Shown here in pieces: positions 10,231 through 23,029 of a stretch of DNA of 40,992 nucleotides. A program made the translations under genes and the position numbers. The stretch is from NCBI GenBank assembly GCA_010909165.1, contig VJWM01000359.1:1-40992 (forward strand), read 5' to 3'. The first letter of the stretch is position 1, and every line of letters begins with the position of its first letter. The notes beneath the pieces were generated by a model. The model did no database searches. It was given only the letters and a program-made list of their open reading frames with translations, and was not told the DNA's origin. This stretch comes from Anthoceros angustus. Taxonomy: Eukaryota > Plantae > Anthocerotophyta.

Positions 10231-10518
10231 TTCCGCAATCAACCTCATCCATACCAAGTGAGCAGGAAACCCAAGTGCGTAAGATGCTGGTGTGGATGAG
10301 GTTTTTTAAAAAGGAAAAGAGGTGGGCGGTTTTATAATGATCCTGTATGATTTAGTGTGTTTGGTTTTGTGCGTAAGCAAATGATACAGTGATTACAGCC
10401 CCACTTGTACAAATGTGAGGATGGATTGTGAGATTGCAGATTTGTATAAGTGGGGCTTTTATTAAAGTCAGTTAGTTCTTAATTGAATTTTCATTTATAA
10501 CAAAAAAGGAAAGTGTGT

Positions 10519-10854
10519 ATGAAAGTGAGGTGTGTATGAACTCCTTTAGGGGTAAAGGGTGGGTGCTGCGTGCATCTGTGAGTGCAGTTCTTTATTTATG
10601 GGTATTACCAGCATGGCGCAGGATGGTATTGCGGGCATTAATGAGGCTAATATGAGAGTACGTGGATACTTTGACGTTGGGTGTAACCTTATGTATGCTG
10701 TTGGTGCTATTCTGGCTTGATCGGCGCTGTGCGTGTGTATCAGAAATGGAGTAATGGACACCCTGATACGGGATCAACAGCGGCGGCGTGGTTCGGTAGC
10801 TGCGTGTTTTTAGTAATCGTGGCAACAGTATTAAAATCATTCTTCGGCATCTAA
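10519..10854 (+). CDS. traE: Conjugal transfer protein TraE (DUF4134, pilin-like)
   Basis: AQDGIAGINEAN..VRGYFDVGCNLMYAVGAILGLIGAVRVYQKWSNG.PDT...AAAWFGSCVFLVIVATVLKSFFGI. Confidence 0.93.
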
Positions 10855-10863
10855 AACGTGGGT

Positions 10864-11181
10864 ATGGCAAATAGTGTTTATGGTATCAATAAGGGCATTA
10901 ATAAGAGCCTTGAATTTGGGGGCTGAAAGCCCAGTATATATGGTATCTCGGCGGTGGCTTACTTGGTCTGCTGGTGCTGTTTGCCATACTCTACATTGCC
11001 GGCGTTAACTCGTTTGTGTGTGTGGGATAATTGCTATAGCCACAGGCTTTTGTTTTCTTATGTATATAAACTAAGTAACAAATATGGTGAGTACGGCATG
11101 ATGAAACAATTAGCGAAACGAAGTTTACCGGATTTGATTAAATGTAATTCGAGGAAGTGCTTTATGAAAGCAAGTAAGTAG
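10864..11181 (+). CDS. traF: Conjugal transfer protein TraF (DUF4133)
   Basis: MANSVYGINKGINKSLEF.GLKAQYIWYL...KYGEYGMMKQLAKRSLP. Confidence 0.93.
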
Positions 11182-11202
11182 TGAACGTATAAAAGTGTGA
11201 AA

Positions 11203-13618
11203 ATGGAAAAGTGGTTGAGTGAAATACTCCTATTATGGATGTGGAGCATGATATGATTGTATCAAAACAAGGATGTTACCCTTGTTTTTGAATGTGAATT
11301 GCCAGAGATATTTACCCTATCGGGTGCAGATTATGAAACTCTGCACCAGGCTTTGTAAAAGCTATTAAAGTTCTTCCTAAGTTTTCCATTCTGCATAAAC
11401 AGGATTGGTTTATTCAATCTGCATACGAAGCAAACTTTTAAAAGACGATACCAGTTTTTTGACCAGGAGCAGCGAAAGGTTTTTTAACGAGAGACCTTTC
11501 CTTGACCACAAGTGCTACATTCTGCTTACTAAGAAAGCTGTAGGTAGGAAGCCATCGAGTTCTATTTTTCCAGCCTGATCCGGTCATCTATAGTTCCGGA
11601 GTTTTCGCTTAATCCTGTTTTAGTACAGGAATTTTAGATAGCGTCGGTCAATTCAAACGCATTCTTGAAGACAGCAATTTTATCAAGTTACGAAGGCTCA
11701 AAGACCATGAGTTGGTAAGTCAGCAGAACAAAGCAGGACTGATAGAAAATACTGTTTTCTGACAGAGGGAGAACAAGTGCCGGTGATGCGGGATATGCAG
11801 TTAAAGAATAACCTGCAAATAGGAAACCAGCATTTACAATTATACACGCTCGAGCGGCTGAAGATCTCCCGGCCATGTGCGGGTCAAGGATTAACTATGA
11901 CAGGTATTCGACGGATAAAACAAAGTTCAGCGTAGGCTTTGCTGCCACCCTGGTCAACTGTTACCCTGTAATCACATATACAATCAATATATTTTTATTG
12001 AGGATAGCCATAAGACTATTCAAAACTAGAAAGCAAGCGGTTAAAGCTGCAATCTTTATCGGCTTACAGCAGGAGAATGCCATATCAAGGGATGCGGTGA
12101 ATGATTTTCTTAATGAAGCTGTGAGTGATCAGCGAATACCTGTAAAAAGCCCATTTCAATGTATTGGTTTGACGGATAATGCCGAAGAGCAAAAGGACTT
12201 AAAAACATAGTTTCATCGGCTCTTGCTCAAATGGATGCCGTTGCTAAACAGGAAACCGCAGGTGCAGCGCAAATTTTAAGGAATACCGGGTAATGCTGCG
12301 GATTTTCCACTTAACGATACGTTCGACACATTCGGGGAACAAGTTTTGCTTTCTGAATTTGGAGACCAATTATCGTTCTTCTCTTAGTCCGGTTGGTATT
12401 CGCCTGGGTGATCGGCTTACCGGCAGGCCGGTGCATGTAGATATAAGCGATGAGCCGGTTAAGAAAGGAATATGTACCAACAGGAATAAATTTATTTTAG
12501 GCCCATCAGGTTCTGGAAAATCTTTCTTTACCAATCACATGGTAAGAAGCTACTATGAACAAGGAACGCACATTGTTTTAGTAGATGTAGGTCATAGTTA
12601 CAAGGGATTATGTGATATGGTGAATGGATACTACTTCACCTATTCAGAAAAGATCTATCCGTTTTAATCCATTTTATATTTCGTTTGGTGATACACTGGA
12701 TACAGAGAAAAGGAAAGCATCAAAACAATGCTTTTGGCATTGTGGAAAAAGGACGACGAAAACTTTAACCGCAGTGAATATGTAGCACTATCCAATGCGT
12801 TGCAGGGTATTATGAAAAGTTGATAAAAAATAGCATTTTTCCATGCTTTAATAGTTTTACGAATACCTGCGGGATGATTTTGTAGTGGTGCTGAAAGAGG
12901 ATAAGGTAAAAGAAAAGATTTTGACGTATCTAATTTTCTACGTTTTACGCCCATACTACACCGGTGGTGAATTTGATTATTTACTAAACGCTACGGAGAA
13001 CCTGGATTTATTGCAAGAACGGTTCATTGTCTTTGAACTGGACAATATTAAGGATCATCCAATATTGTTTCCGGTGGTTACAATCATCATAATGGAGGTC
13101 TTTATCAGCAAAATGCGAAAGCTAAAGGCGTTCGCAAAATGATACTGATAGAAGAAGCATGGAAGGCGATTGCCCGTGAGGGAATGGCAGAGTATATAAA
13201 ATATTTGTTTAAGACCGTAAGAAAATTCTACGGCGAAGCTATAGTAGTAACACAGGAGGTTGAGGATATTATTTCTTCGCCGGTTGTAAAACAGGCGATC
13301 ATTAATAATTCAGATTGTAAAATCTTACTTGACCAAAGTATCAAAATAAATTTGATCAGATACAAGAATTGTTAGGCTTGACCGAAAAGGAAAAAGCACT
13401 CGTTCTGTCTGTTAACAAGGCAAATGATCCTACTAAGAAATACAAGTTTTATTTCTTTAGGCGGAGTGTTATCTAAGGTATATCGTACAGAGGTTTCTTT
13501 GGAAGAGTACCTTGCCTATACAACGGAAGAATCTGAAAAGTAAAAGTACAGGAATACAAAAAGGTTGAGGTGTGCTGAAAGGTATAGGATACCTGCTAAT
13601 GAAATGAGGTCTGCGTAA
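11203..13618 (+). CDS. traG: TraG family conjugative transposon ATPase (VirB4-like)
   Basis: NRNKFILGPSGSGKSFFTNHM (Walker A), LVDVGHSYKGLC, RFIVFELDNIKDHPILFP, MILIEEAWKAIA, KTVRKFYGEAIVVTQEVEDII. Confidence 0.97.
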
Positions 13619-13667
13619 GTATAAAAGGCATGATTTTCGTAAATTAGAGTAACTAAAAATCAGTATT

Positions 13668-14040
13668 ATGAAAAGTTATTAGGCATTTCTTAGCACTTTC
13701 AATTATGTTATACGCTTGCAATAATGCCGGAGGCGATGATACGGCTAGTTCTATTCCGGGCACTTATGTTTTAGAGATAGATTCGGAGTATGCAAAAGGT
13801 ATGGATTCCCTGATCGTTACCTTATTGGACAAGGAAGCTGGAACTTTCATAATTGATAAGCAATACGGATTTATGCGTTACCGGAAGGAAAAGAAGCCGG
13901 GCGGGATCATAAATCGGATAAGTTTACTGTTGCTTATAACAAAGAACACAGGCAGTTGTATGATAGCCAACAGGGTCAAACATTTACCTACGTTCCAGAC
14001 AAAAAGTATTGCTGGGAAACACAGAGTACAAGAAAATTGA
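13668..14040 (+). CDS. Hypothetical lipoprotein within the tra operon
   Basis: Lipobox-like MLYAC followed by IPGTYV; lies between traG and the traI-like gene. Confidence 0.65.
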
Positions 14041-14067
14041 TTAGTAATAACTCAAAATTTGGATGCT

Positions 14068-14725
14068 ATGAAGAAAGTGGTGGTAATGGTAGTGTTGTGT
14101 TTGGGACTTACGATAGCACCCACGCAAAAGAGCCATGCAATTGTATGGGAGGAGGTAGTAAGAGCATTAGTTGCCGCTATAAAGGCGATGGATATGGCTG
14201 TACAGCGTTTGCAGAATAAAACGATTTGGCTGCAAAATGCTCAAAAACGTTGAAAATACTTTAACGAAATTGAAGCTAAACGAAATTTCCGAATGGACGG
14301 ATAAGCAGAAAGAGCAATACGCCAAATATTTTGATGAATTGAAGAAAGTTAAAGAGGCGATAAGCGGTTATAAGAAGGTTAAGGAGATTATGGAAAACAG
14401 GTGCGGATCGAGTATAAAACCGCTTTTGCATTATTCAGACAGGATAAAACTTTACCAGTCAGGAAGTGGAATATATGGTAAAGTATATACCGGAATAGTG
14501 GATGAAAGCATTAAAAACATTAATCAGCTTTTTCTTGTAATCAATGTTGCCAAAACACAAATGACGGATGGTAAACGCCTGAAAATTATAAGTAGCGTAG
14601 CAGGACATATAGACGAAAACCTAAATGATCTTAGGGCTTTTAACAGTGAGAATGCAAAGTTAAGCCCAACGTGCAAAAGATGAAAAAGAGGTGGCCAGGT
14701 TAAAGCTATGTACGGACTACAATAA
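14068..14725 (+). CDS. Conjugal transfer protein, TraI-like (secreted, helical)
   Basis: Signal peptide, IKAMDMAVQRLQNKTIWLQNAQK.VEN.L.KLKLNEISEW..KQKEQY, QMTDGKRLKII. Confidence 0.85.
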
Positions 14726-14737
14726 AATTACCTATCC

Positions 14738-15347
14738 ATGAAAGCAAAATACTATGTTGTTTATTGATGTTTTGTTGTTTGGGCAGCCATGCCCAAACAA
14801 AACAAATAAAACTTTATTTGCAGCAAATAGCTGCTAATAAGGTATATATCGAATACCTGCAAAAGGGTATCGAATTGCCAAAAGTGGGTTAACAACTATA
14901 GGTAATATTAAGAATGGTCACTACAAACTAGATGGTGATTTTTTAATACCCTTGAATCTGTTAACCCTAATGTTCGGAACTATAGCAAAGTATCGGAGAT
15001 TATTTCATTGCAGGTTGAGGTTGTTAAAAACTATAAGGCAGCACTTCGACGGGCAAAGGAAAGCGGTGTGTTTCAAAATGACGAGTTGGGCTATATTGGT
15101 CGTGTCTTTGACAATCTTGTAACCGGGTGCATGGATTTAACTGATGAACTTATTTTATTTATTGGTAGTGGAAAGCTGAAAATGAGTGACGACGAAAGAA
15201 TTAAGCGAATTGATCAGGTTCATAGTGATATGAAGGAACGCTATGTGTTTAACAATAGCTTTTCCTCTGACATTTCCACTATGACATTGCAAAAGGGTTA
15301 AGGAATTGAGTGATGCTGAAAGAGTAGGAAAGATGTATGGAAGATAA
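14738..15347 (+). CDS. TraI-paralogous secreted protein
   Basis: Signal peptide, LQQIAANKVYIEYLQKGY.IAKSGL..I..IKNG, LKMSDDERIKRID. Confidence 0.8.
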
Positions 15348-15383
15348 AGATTAGACTGTTTTGTGAACAAGAAAATGTGTAGC

Positions 15384-16011
15384 ATGAAAAATAGTTGTGG
15401 TCTTGTGTTTAATATCCTGTGGGCTAATGACAGGGTAAAGCGACTGCTCAGGTTAATGAATTAGCACAGCTTGCTTTGAATATTGAGAAATTAGCACAGT
15501 TTCGCCAGATACTTTCTGATATGAAAAGGGATACGAAATCCTTACTGGCGGTTACAATACTATCAAAATATCAGCAAAGGAAATTTTGAATTGCATAAAG
15601 TATTTCTTGATGGATTAATGGAGTTAGCCCTGCCATTCGTAATTATAAAAGGTTGCTGATATTATAGATTACCAGGTTAAGCTAGTTCGGGAGTATAAGG
15701 GTGCTTACGGACGATTTAAGGAAACGGAATTGCTCAACTCCGACGAGATCGAATATATAGGAAAGGTATATGGCAACCTCTTTGACTTGTCCGTTAAAAC
15801 CTTGATGACCTTTTTACCGTTATAACTTCAAATAAGTTGCGAATGAGCGACGATGAACGTTTAGCTGCGATTGATAAAATCTTTTCGATATGCAGGAAAA
15901 GCTTTTATTTCTTCTTCGGCATTTTAATAGTACAACATCCGTTTTACTACTACAGCGGGCGAAAGAGAAAGAGAAGTAGGGAACGTTCAGCAATACTACA
16001 ACTTAAAGTAA
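15384..16011 (+). CDS. TraI-paralogous secreted protein (often mis-annotated as TerB family)
   Basis: ELAQLALNIEKLAQFRQILSDMKKGYEIL.GGYNTIK.ISKGNF.LH..FLDGL, LRMSDDERLAAID. Confidence 0.8.
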
Positions 16012-16078
16012 TTGCATTGAATGATTTTCGATGTTGGTGTGTACAGGTAATGTGAGTTTGGGTAACTAAAATCAGGAT

Positions 16079-17308
16079 ATGCAACGAAGGAAAGTGATTG
16101 CTTTAATAGCAATAGTGGGTTTATTGTGCCCAATGATAAGTCATGCACAGGATGGCGGCCTGGCAGGTGAAATTAAGAGTTTACATAGTGTGTTGGATGC
16201 ACTCTATGATGAAATGATGCCGCTTTGCAGTCAATTAATCGGTGTGGAAGAGCCATTGCCGGATTTGCGGCCTTGTGTGGTATATAGCCCCGGGTATGGG
16301 CGCATTTGGCAAGAGCTGAACCTATTGATTTCTACCTCTGTTTAAGCCTTTTGTTTTAGGCTTCGCCATTTTAATTTTTCCGTCTGTAATAGCCATGATT
16401 AACGCTGTAATGAAACCAACTGTTTCAGGAACGGAGCAAATGGTAAATAATTCAGATAAGGCAGTAGCCTTGTTGTTAAAACAAAAGGAAGAGGCCATTA
16501 AGAAACGGATTACTGGAAAATGTATGTTGGCGAATCTGGTAATGGTGACCGGACAGGTGGTATAAATATTCCCATGACGGGGAAGATCCCAGTAAAGAAG
16601 GCTTCTTTGCTGGTATTGGCAATGATATAAAGTTTGCTTTTGCGAAAGCGGGCTACAACTTCAGGAATGCCATAAAGGAAGTTATTGCGGAAATATTACA
16701 GTTGTTATTTGCAGCGGTTGCTCTGTGCATAAATACTATGCGGACGTTTAACCTGATCATTTTAGCGATCCTGGGCCCGCTAGTGTTTGGATTAAGCGTT
16801 TTGATGGTTTTGGACACTCATTAAAGCAGTGGTTAGCCAGGTATCTTAATGTTTTTATGGTTGCCCATCTGCAACATTTTTGGGGCTGTTATCGGCAAAA
16901 TCCAGGAGAATATGCTAAAGCTGGATTTGTCCCAAATAGGCGAAACAGGGACACATTTTTAGCCGTACAGATATGGGCTACCTCATATTCTTAATCATCG
17001 GAATTTTGGCTACACAACGGTCCCAAGTATTGCTAACTACATAGTGTTTGTTACCACTGGTGATGCGCTTACTGGTAAAGTGTCGGGAGCTGGCAGCAGT
17101 TACGGGAACGGCAGTAGGGACAGGTGTAGCGGCGGGTGTAGCTGCTGGTGGGCGTATGCTTGAAGGCAGAAAACCTTATGAATACTCCGGGCTACATTAA
17201 CCAGTGGTTACAATCAAGGGGCAGCGGTTCCGGTTTTGGAGCAAGTGTGGACGTGCTTACGGTAAAGCAAGCCAGTATTTAAAAGACAAACTTTCTGGAA
17301 ATTCTTAA
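16079..17308 (+). CDS. traJ: Conjugative transposon protein TraJ (VirB6-like)
   Basis: LHSVLDALYDEMMPLCSQLIGV, AEPIDFYPL.KPF, LCINTMRTFNLIILAILGPLVFG, WLARYLNVF.WLP, TVPSIANYIV. Confidence 0.95.
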
Positions 17309-17319
17309 AACTAAAATCA

Positions 17320-17929
17320 ATGTTCAGTAAGATAAGTATTGATACAGCCTTTCGGTTTATCAGGCTGTTTACTTTAGTAGTAATAGTAGCTTGCTTTTCT
17401 CTTTGCGGTTTTGTTTTGTATCGAAGCTATAAACTGGCTGCTATTACTCAAAATAAGGTATATGTATTAGCCAATGGAAAGGCATTGGAAGCAATGGCGG
17501 CAGATAGGAAAGATAATATTGTTGTGGAGGCAAAGATCATGTAAAACCTTTCATCAATATTTCTTTACCTTGATCCGGATGATAAAGTGATTCAAAGCAA
17601 TATTACCAAAGCTCTGTATTTAGCAGATGGTCTGGCTAAACGCCAGTACGAGAATCTTAAAGAGGTAATTACTACACAAATATCATTGCCGGAAATATCA
17701 GCCAGCAGTTAACAGTAGATAGCGTAGCTGTAAATATAGATCAATACCCTTACTATTTCCAATGCTTTGCAACGCAGGAAATAATAAGGGCTACAAGCAT
17801 AGTTACCCGCACTTTGGTTACGGATGGTCACTTACGAAACGTAAGCAGGAGTGATAATAATTCACATGGTTTCTTAATCGAGAAGTGGAAAACCATTGAA
17901 AACAAGGATATAAAACTTCAAGCCGATAA
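17320..17929 (+). CDS. traK: Conjugative transposon protein TraK (VirB8-like)
   Basis: IDTAFRFIRLF, VYVLANGKALEA, FFTLDPDDKVI..NITKALYLADG, LRNVSRSDNNSHGFLIEKW. Confidence 0.96.
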
Positions 17930-17932
17930 AAG

Positions 17933-18416
17933 ATGATACGATTTTTAAGAAAAGAAAAGGGAGTCCAGCAGGGTAAATGCTTTCTATAAAAAATACGTGA
18001 ACTGACTGAAAACGGCAGCGAAAATGGGCTGACTACATGAATAAAAGTTTGAAAATGTATCTCCGTTTCGCATAAAATTATCCCCTGGTTTTATTTAGCC
18101 TATTCTTTGGCAGTGCGTGTTTGTTAATAGGTGTTCGTTCACTAAGCAAAAACAGAAAGTACAACGGTGCAAAAGATAAGTATGCCATCGCACATACTCT
18201 TACAGGATCAATACCCTATGATAGCAGTATGAGAAGGGCAACGCTATCGGTGGATGAAGTGGATAGGATAAAACAATTCAGAAAGTACTTAGATAGTCTT
18301 CTTGCTGCACCAAGTGGCAGGACCGTTTATGATAGCTTAATGTTACAAAGGCCCGGCCTCCTGGATAGCCTGCAAACAATTGAAAAGTATTTGATAACCA
18401 ATTTAAAACAAAGTGA
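17933..18416 (+). CDS. TraL-position membrane protein
   Basis: Between traK and traM; one hydrophobic segment and the C-terminal motif YDSLMLQRPGLLDSL. Confidence 0.7.
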
Positions 18417-18417
18417 T

Positions 18418-19723
18418 ATGGATAATGTGAAAAGAATGTGTCTTTAAAGGTGGAACGTAAAGGAAGTTTTTACTTTTCCTACCTGTATTAATATTCCCCT
18501 TATGACCTTAATGTTATGGGCAGTGGGGATAATCGGTACACCTCACGCATCTGGAAAAGAGAAAACAGAAATCGGGTTTAACCTAAATCTACCCAATCCT
18601 AAATTGGGAGGTGATAGTAATTGGAATAAGCTAAAGTTTTATGAGCAAGCGGATAAAGATTCTGCAAAGTATAAATCATTGTTGAAAAATGATCCCTTCT
18701 ATCAATCGTCACCGGCAAGTGAAAAATCACTTTGGGATACCGGCTATTCAATCCCGGATTTCAATTCCTCAAAAAACTTTCTTATGATCCTTACCCTTAT
18801 GAACTGAACAATAGGAAAGACCTAACGAGAGAAAGTTTATAAAAGTTGCAAGAGTTGAATAAAGAGCTTGAAGTCAGAGCATCAGATGATGACGATTCTT
18901 TTAATTCGACGACCAGGCGTGCAATACGGCAGATGTTAATTCTGCGGAGATTGACCGATTGGAAAGTATGATGCAACAAATGCAATCCGGCGAAAATGGC
19001 GACCCGGAAATGGATAGGATAAACGGCATGCTGGAAAAGATTCTTGACATTCAACATCCTGACAGAGTAAAGAATAAACTCAAAACTGAAAAGGAAGTAG
19101 AAAAAATGGAGTGTATGCTATCTGCAGATATTAGCCAGGACAATATTTCTCTTTTTGAAAATAGTTTGTCAGAAAGATTCAGGCTTGATAATGATTCCAT
19201 TTTCAAAGTTAATCCCTTTACTAAAGGGACGGGGTTTTATTCAATTAGTGATAAGATAGCTACAGATGAGCAGAATGCGATAAGGGCTATTATTCCTGAA
19301 GCACAAACCTTAATAACTGGTTCTACGGTTAAGCTTAGGTTAGTTGATGCTATTTCTGTCAACGGAATTATTGTGCCAAAGGATCAGTTAGTGTTTGGTA
19401 CTGCGGAACTAACCGGAGAAAGATTAACGATAGAAATTAACTCCATCCGGTATAAAATAATGTGCCCGTTTCCCTATCGGTGTATGACGTTGACGTATGC
19501 GGGAATCTATATGCCGGGGCCATCACCAGGGATGTTGCCAAGCAAAGCACAGACCAGGCAATACAAAGTATTGGTATTGCCTCTTGATCCCAGCATTGGA
19601 GCCCAGGCCGCCACAGCGGATATTACGGCAGCTAAAACCCTGTTTAGCAAAAACCAAGTTAGTCAGGTCGCCGTAAAATCCGGTTATGAGATTTTTCTAA
19701 AGGACAATAAGCAGTCTAATTAG
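18418..19723 (+). CDS. traM: Conjugative transposon protein TraM (VirB10-like)
   Basis: GFNLNLP, KLKFYEQA, DPEMDRINGMLEKILDIQHP, QTLITGSTVKLRL, GERLTIEINSI, SIGAQAA. Confidence 0.95.
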
Positions 19724-19758
19724 GTTATTATTTATTCATTTTATAAATTTTTGTGAGT

Positions 19759-20592
19759 ATGAAAAAGTGAGTGTGATTATGTTCGTCGGAATGATGTGTT
19801 TGGTTGCTCAATTTGAAGCAAATGCCCAAAGCAAAAATTTGGGTTTTAAATAAGACACCGATCCCATCGCTTCATTTTATTACGTCAGTTATAGTAATAT
19901 GAACAATGTTATTTTCCTTCTGAAATAAAAAGTATTGTTTGGGGAAGTGCAGACGTTTTGGTACAAAAAGCTACAGGTGTTGAGAATATATTACAGGTGA
20001 GGGCATCAAAAAAGGGTTTGTGCAAACAAACCTTTCTGTTATTACAGCTGATGGTGAGTTTTATTCATTGGTTTTGAACTATGCTGAATATCCTGCGGAG
20101 TTAAATCTTTACGTTTTAAGGAATCAGCCGGGAGTGAGTTACTTGCAAAATTGACGGATACCCCCTTTAATGAAAATTGGTTAAATATTACGGCAAAAGA
20201 GGTCATTACTCAGAAAGGTTTTTGGGGTACAAGGTGAAGGAACAAAGAATGCTTTTAAAGCTAAATGGAATTTATCTGAAAGAGAATACCATGTGGTTTA
20301 AAATGTACCTAAAGAATAGTTCCTTGATTGATTTTAAGCCGGAGTTTGTGAAATTTTATATTAAAGATAAAAAAAAGGCTAAGCGGACCGCTGTTCAGGA
20401 AAAGGAACTAATACCATTAATTGCCTATCCATGTCCTCTATTAAGGGTAAGGAGAGGACACTTTCGTTTTGCCTTTTAACCGTTTACTGTTCCTAAAAAT
20501 CAGGAATTAATTATTGAAGTAAGTGAAAAGTCCGGGGACGATCATTGCTTTTAAATATTTATTCTAAGGCTTTGCTGGCAAAGCTGCTTTAA
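19759..20592 (+). CDS. traN: Conjugative transposon protein TraN (DUF4138, VirB9-like)
   Basis: GSADVLVQKATGVENILQVRA, QTNLSVITADG.FYS, KFYIKDKKKAKRTAVQE. Confidence 0.92.
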
Positions 20593-21261
20593 GTCTGTAA
20601 CCGTTTCCCAAGCGCAAATTGTATGTATTAGTTTGATAACGAGAAAGCAGCATCAACATTGTTAATCAGACTTTAACTCAAGTTGATTCTGATGCTAATC
20701 CCTTGTATAATTATGAAGGAACGCTTTTACAGATGCGCTAATTGAGCATTGGGAAAATCAACAAATAAACTCTTCAAAAAATTAGATAGTATGGATGAAA
20801 AATCTTTTGTCCTTCAATGAAGGCCAGTTTAAAAGAGTGGGCTTTGCCAAGCGTTTACAGCCGATTTGGTTGTAAGGATGGTAAAGGGTGAACCTCTTAT
20901 ACAACATAGCTTTACCAAAGAATACGATGGTGATAAAGTGAAGGGGGAATTATATTTGAAGAAATCTCCAACCTCAATTTTTACTTTCTGAATAAGTATG
21001 ATTTAGAGCTTCAGAAAGAGGGCAAACAAGCAGCATAAAACAACTTTCATGTTTCCCAAAACAGGAAACAAGTTAATGAGGAAACTGCAAAAGGGAGTTT
21101 TTCACGTTGAAAAGAAGCGTACAATTTATTGGCAGGAAGACCAGTGTATAAAGATATGGTCAATAAAGAGGGCGCTGAATACAAGGCCTGGAACAAGATG
21201 AACCCTCAGAAAGTGCTGCAGAATGGCATCATGAGGTTAAGCAGTATAACGATAATTATGG

Positions 21262-21279
21262 CTTTAATCTCGAAAACGT
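21262..21279 (+). repeat. Target-site duplication, left copy (CTTTAATCTCGAAAACGT)
   Basis: Identical to 23927-23944. Confidence 0.92.
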
Positions 21280-21286
21280 TGCAAAC

Positions 21287-21377
21287 GCCGGTTAAATTGA
21301 CCACCTAGCGCCGGATTAAGCTGACCATGCGATGCCGGATTAAATTGACCACCCTTCGCCGGCGTAAATTGACCACG
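21287..21377 (+). repeat. IS21 left-end transposase-binding repeats (4 copies, 23-24 bp period)
   Basis: Copies start at 21287, 21310, 21334 and 21358. Confidence 0.9.
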
Positions 21378-21450
21378 TGGATTTGATTTTTAGTTTATGT
21401 ATTGGGGCAGCCGCTGGCTATAAATTTTGCATCAAAATTTTATAGTCAGG

Positions 21451-22992
21451 ATGGCCAATACCCTGATAACGATGATTAAAATCAGACAGATCCTGCGTAT
21501 GCATACGCAGGGATACAGTAAGTTGAAGATCGCAGCGCAAACAGGTGTAGCCCGTAATACGCTTAAGAAGTATATCAAATCATTTTCTGCCAGTGGATTG
21601 AGTTTTGAAGAGATCAGTGAACTCAGTGATAAGGATTTGGAAGATCTTTTGTAAAGCCTGAACCTAAACCTTTAAATGAAAAGCTTCAAATCTTGTTTGA
21701 ACGCTTTCCTTCCATTGATAAAGAGCTGAAGAAAAAGGTGTTACCGTTATTTGCTTTGGGAGCAATACAGGGTCGAACATCCTGATGGTTTTGGTGTAAG
21801 CCAGTTTAAGCACTACTATGCCCAGTGGAAAGCCCAGGTTAATCCTGTGATGCGCATGGAACACAAGGCTGGTGATAAGCTTTACGTTGATTTTGCGGGA
21901 GACAAATTAAGTATTGTTGATCCGCTGAGTGGAGAAGTTACTGCTGTAGAAGTATTTGTTTGTATACTGGGAGCCAGTCAGCTTACCTATGTGGAAGCGG
22001 TAATGACACAGCAGAAAGAAGATTTTATAGCCGCCTGCGAGAATGCATTGCATTTCTACGGTGGTGTTCCGCAGCCATTGTTCCCGACAATTTAAAAGTG
22101 CGGTTATTCGTAGCAGTAAGTTTGAACCCACCCTGAACGAGACTTTGCTGATTTTGCAGAACATTATGGTACAGCTATTCTTCCGGCCCGGGCGTATCGC
22201 CCCCGCGATAAGGCGCTCGTTGAAAACGCAGTTCGTATTATATACTCCCGCATCTATGTAAAAGTCCGGCGCACCCCATACCACAACCTTACAGACCTGA
22301 ACCAAGCCATCCGGCAAGCGCTACAGGAACATAATCTCGCCATGCTAAGAGGGCGCAACTATAGCCGTCAGCAACAGTTTGATGAAGTAGAGAAGGCCGC
22401 CCTCATGCCGCTACCCGTATTGCGTTACGAGCTCAAAAACAATGCTTTGCTACTGTAGCTAAAATGGACATGTCGGCCTGGGAGCTGACAAGCATTATTA
22501 CAGTGTGCCTTACCGTTATATTGGCAAGAAGGTAAAACTGCTTTACTCCCGTCACACAGTAGAAGTTTACTATAACTATGAACGCATTGCTGTTCATCGT
22601 AGACTTAAAAGCCCTTATCAATATACCACCGAAAAGAACACCTGGCCTCTACCCACCGCTTTGTAAGCGAATGGACGCCTGAGCGCTTCACTTCCTGGGC
22701 AGAGAGCATCCATGAAGATGTAAAATGCTATATCCTGAAAGTACTGGATCGTAAACAACACCCTGAGCAGGCTTATAAATCGTGTATGGGTATTTTGGGG
22801 TTTGCTAAGAAAGTAGGAACTGAACGCCTGATAAAAGCCTGTCAGCGGGCCTTGGGATACGGTGCTTACAACTACAAAACCATACAGAAAATATTGGAGA
22901 GAGAACTGGATCTCGGCCTCACGCCGGACGAAACTGACCAGTTGAAAATGCCATTCCACGACAATATCAGAGGAGAAGGCTACTATCAATAA
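21451..22992 (+). CDS. istA: IS21 transposase IstA
   Basis: N-terminal HTH (GVARNTLKKY), MRMEHKAGDKLYVDFAG, FYGGVP..IVPDN.KSAV, RAYRPRDKALVENAV, HDNIRGEGYYQ. Confidence 0.96.
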
Positions 22993-23029
22993 TCATTTTA
23001 TTCATCACTTACAATAACAATCACACATT

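Noticed and set aside
15384-16011. Tellurite-resistance (TerB) gene
   Set aside because: It shares its motif and position with the two adjacent tra paralogues, and no ter operon is present.
21287-21377. CRISPR-like array or iterons
   Set aside because: Spacers are only ~4 nt, inverted copies occur at 23879-23921, and the repeats sit at the IS21 ends. They are transposase-binding repeats, and no cas genes are present.
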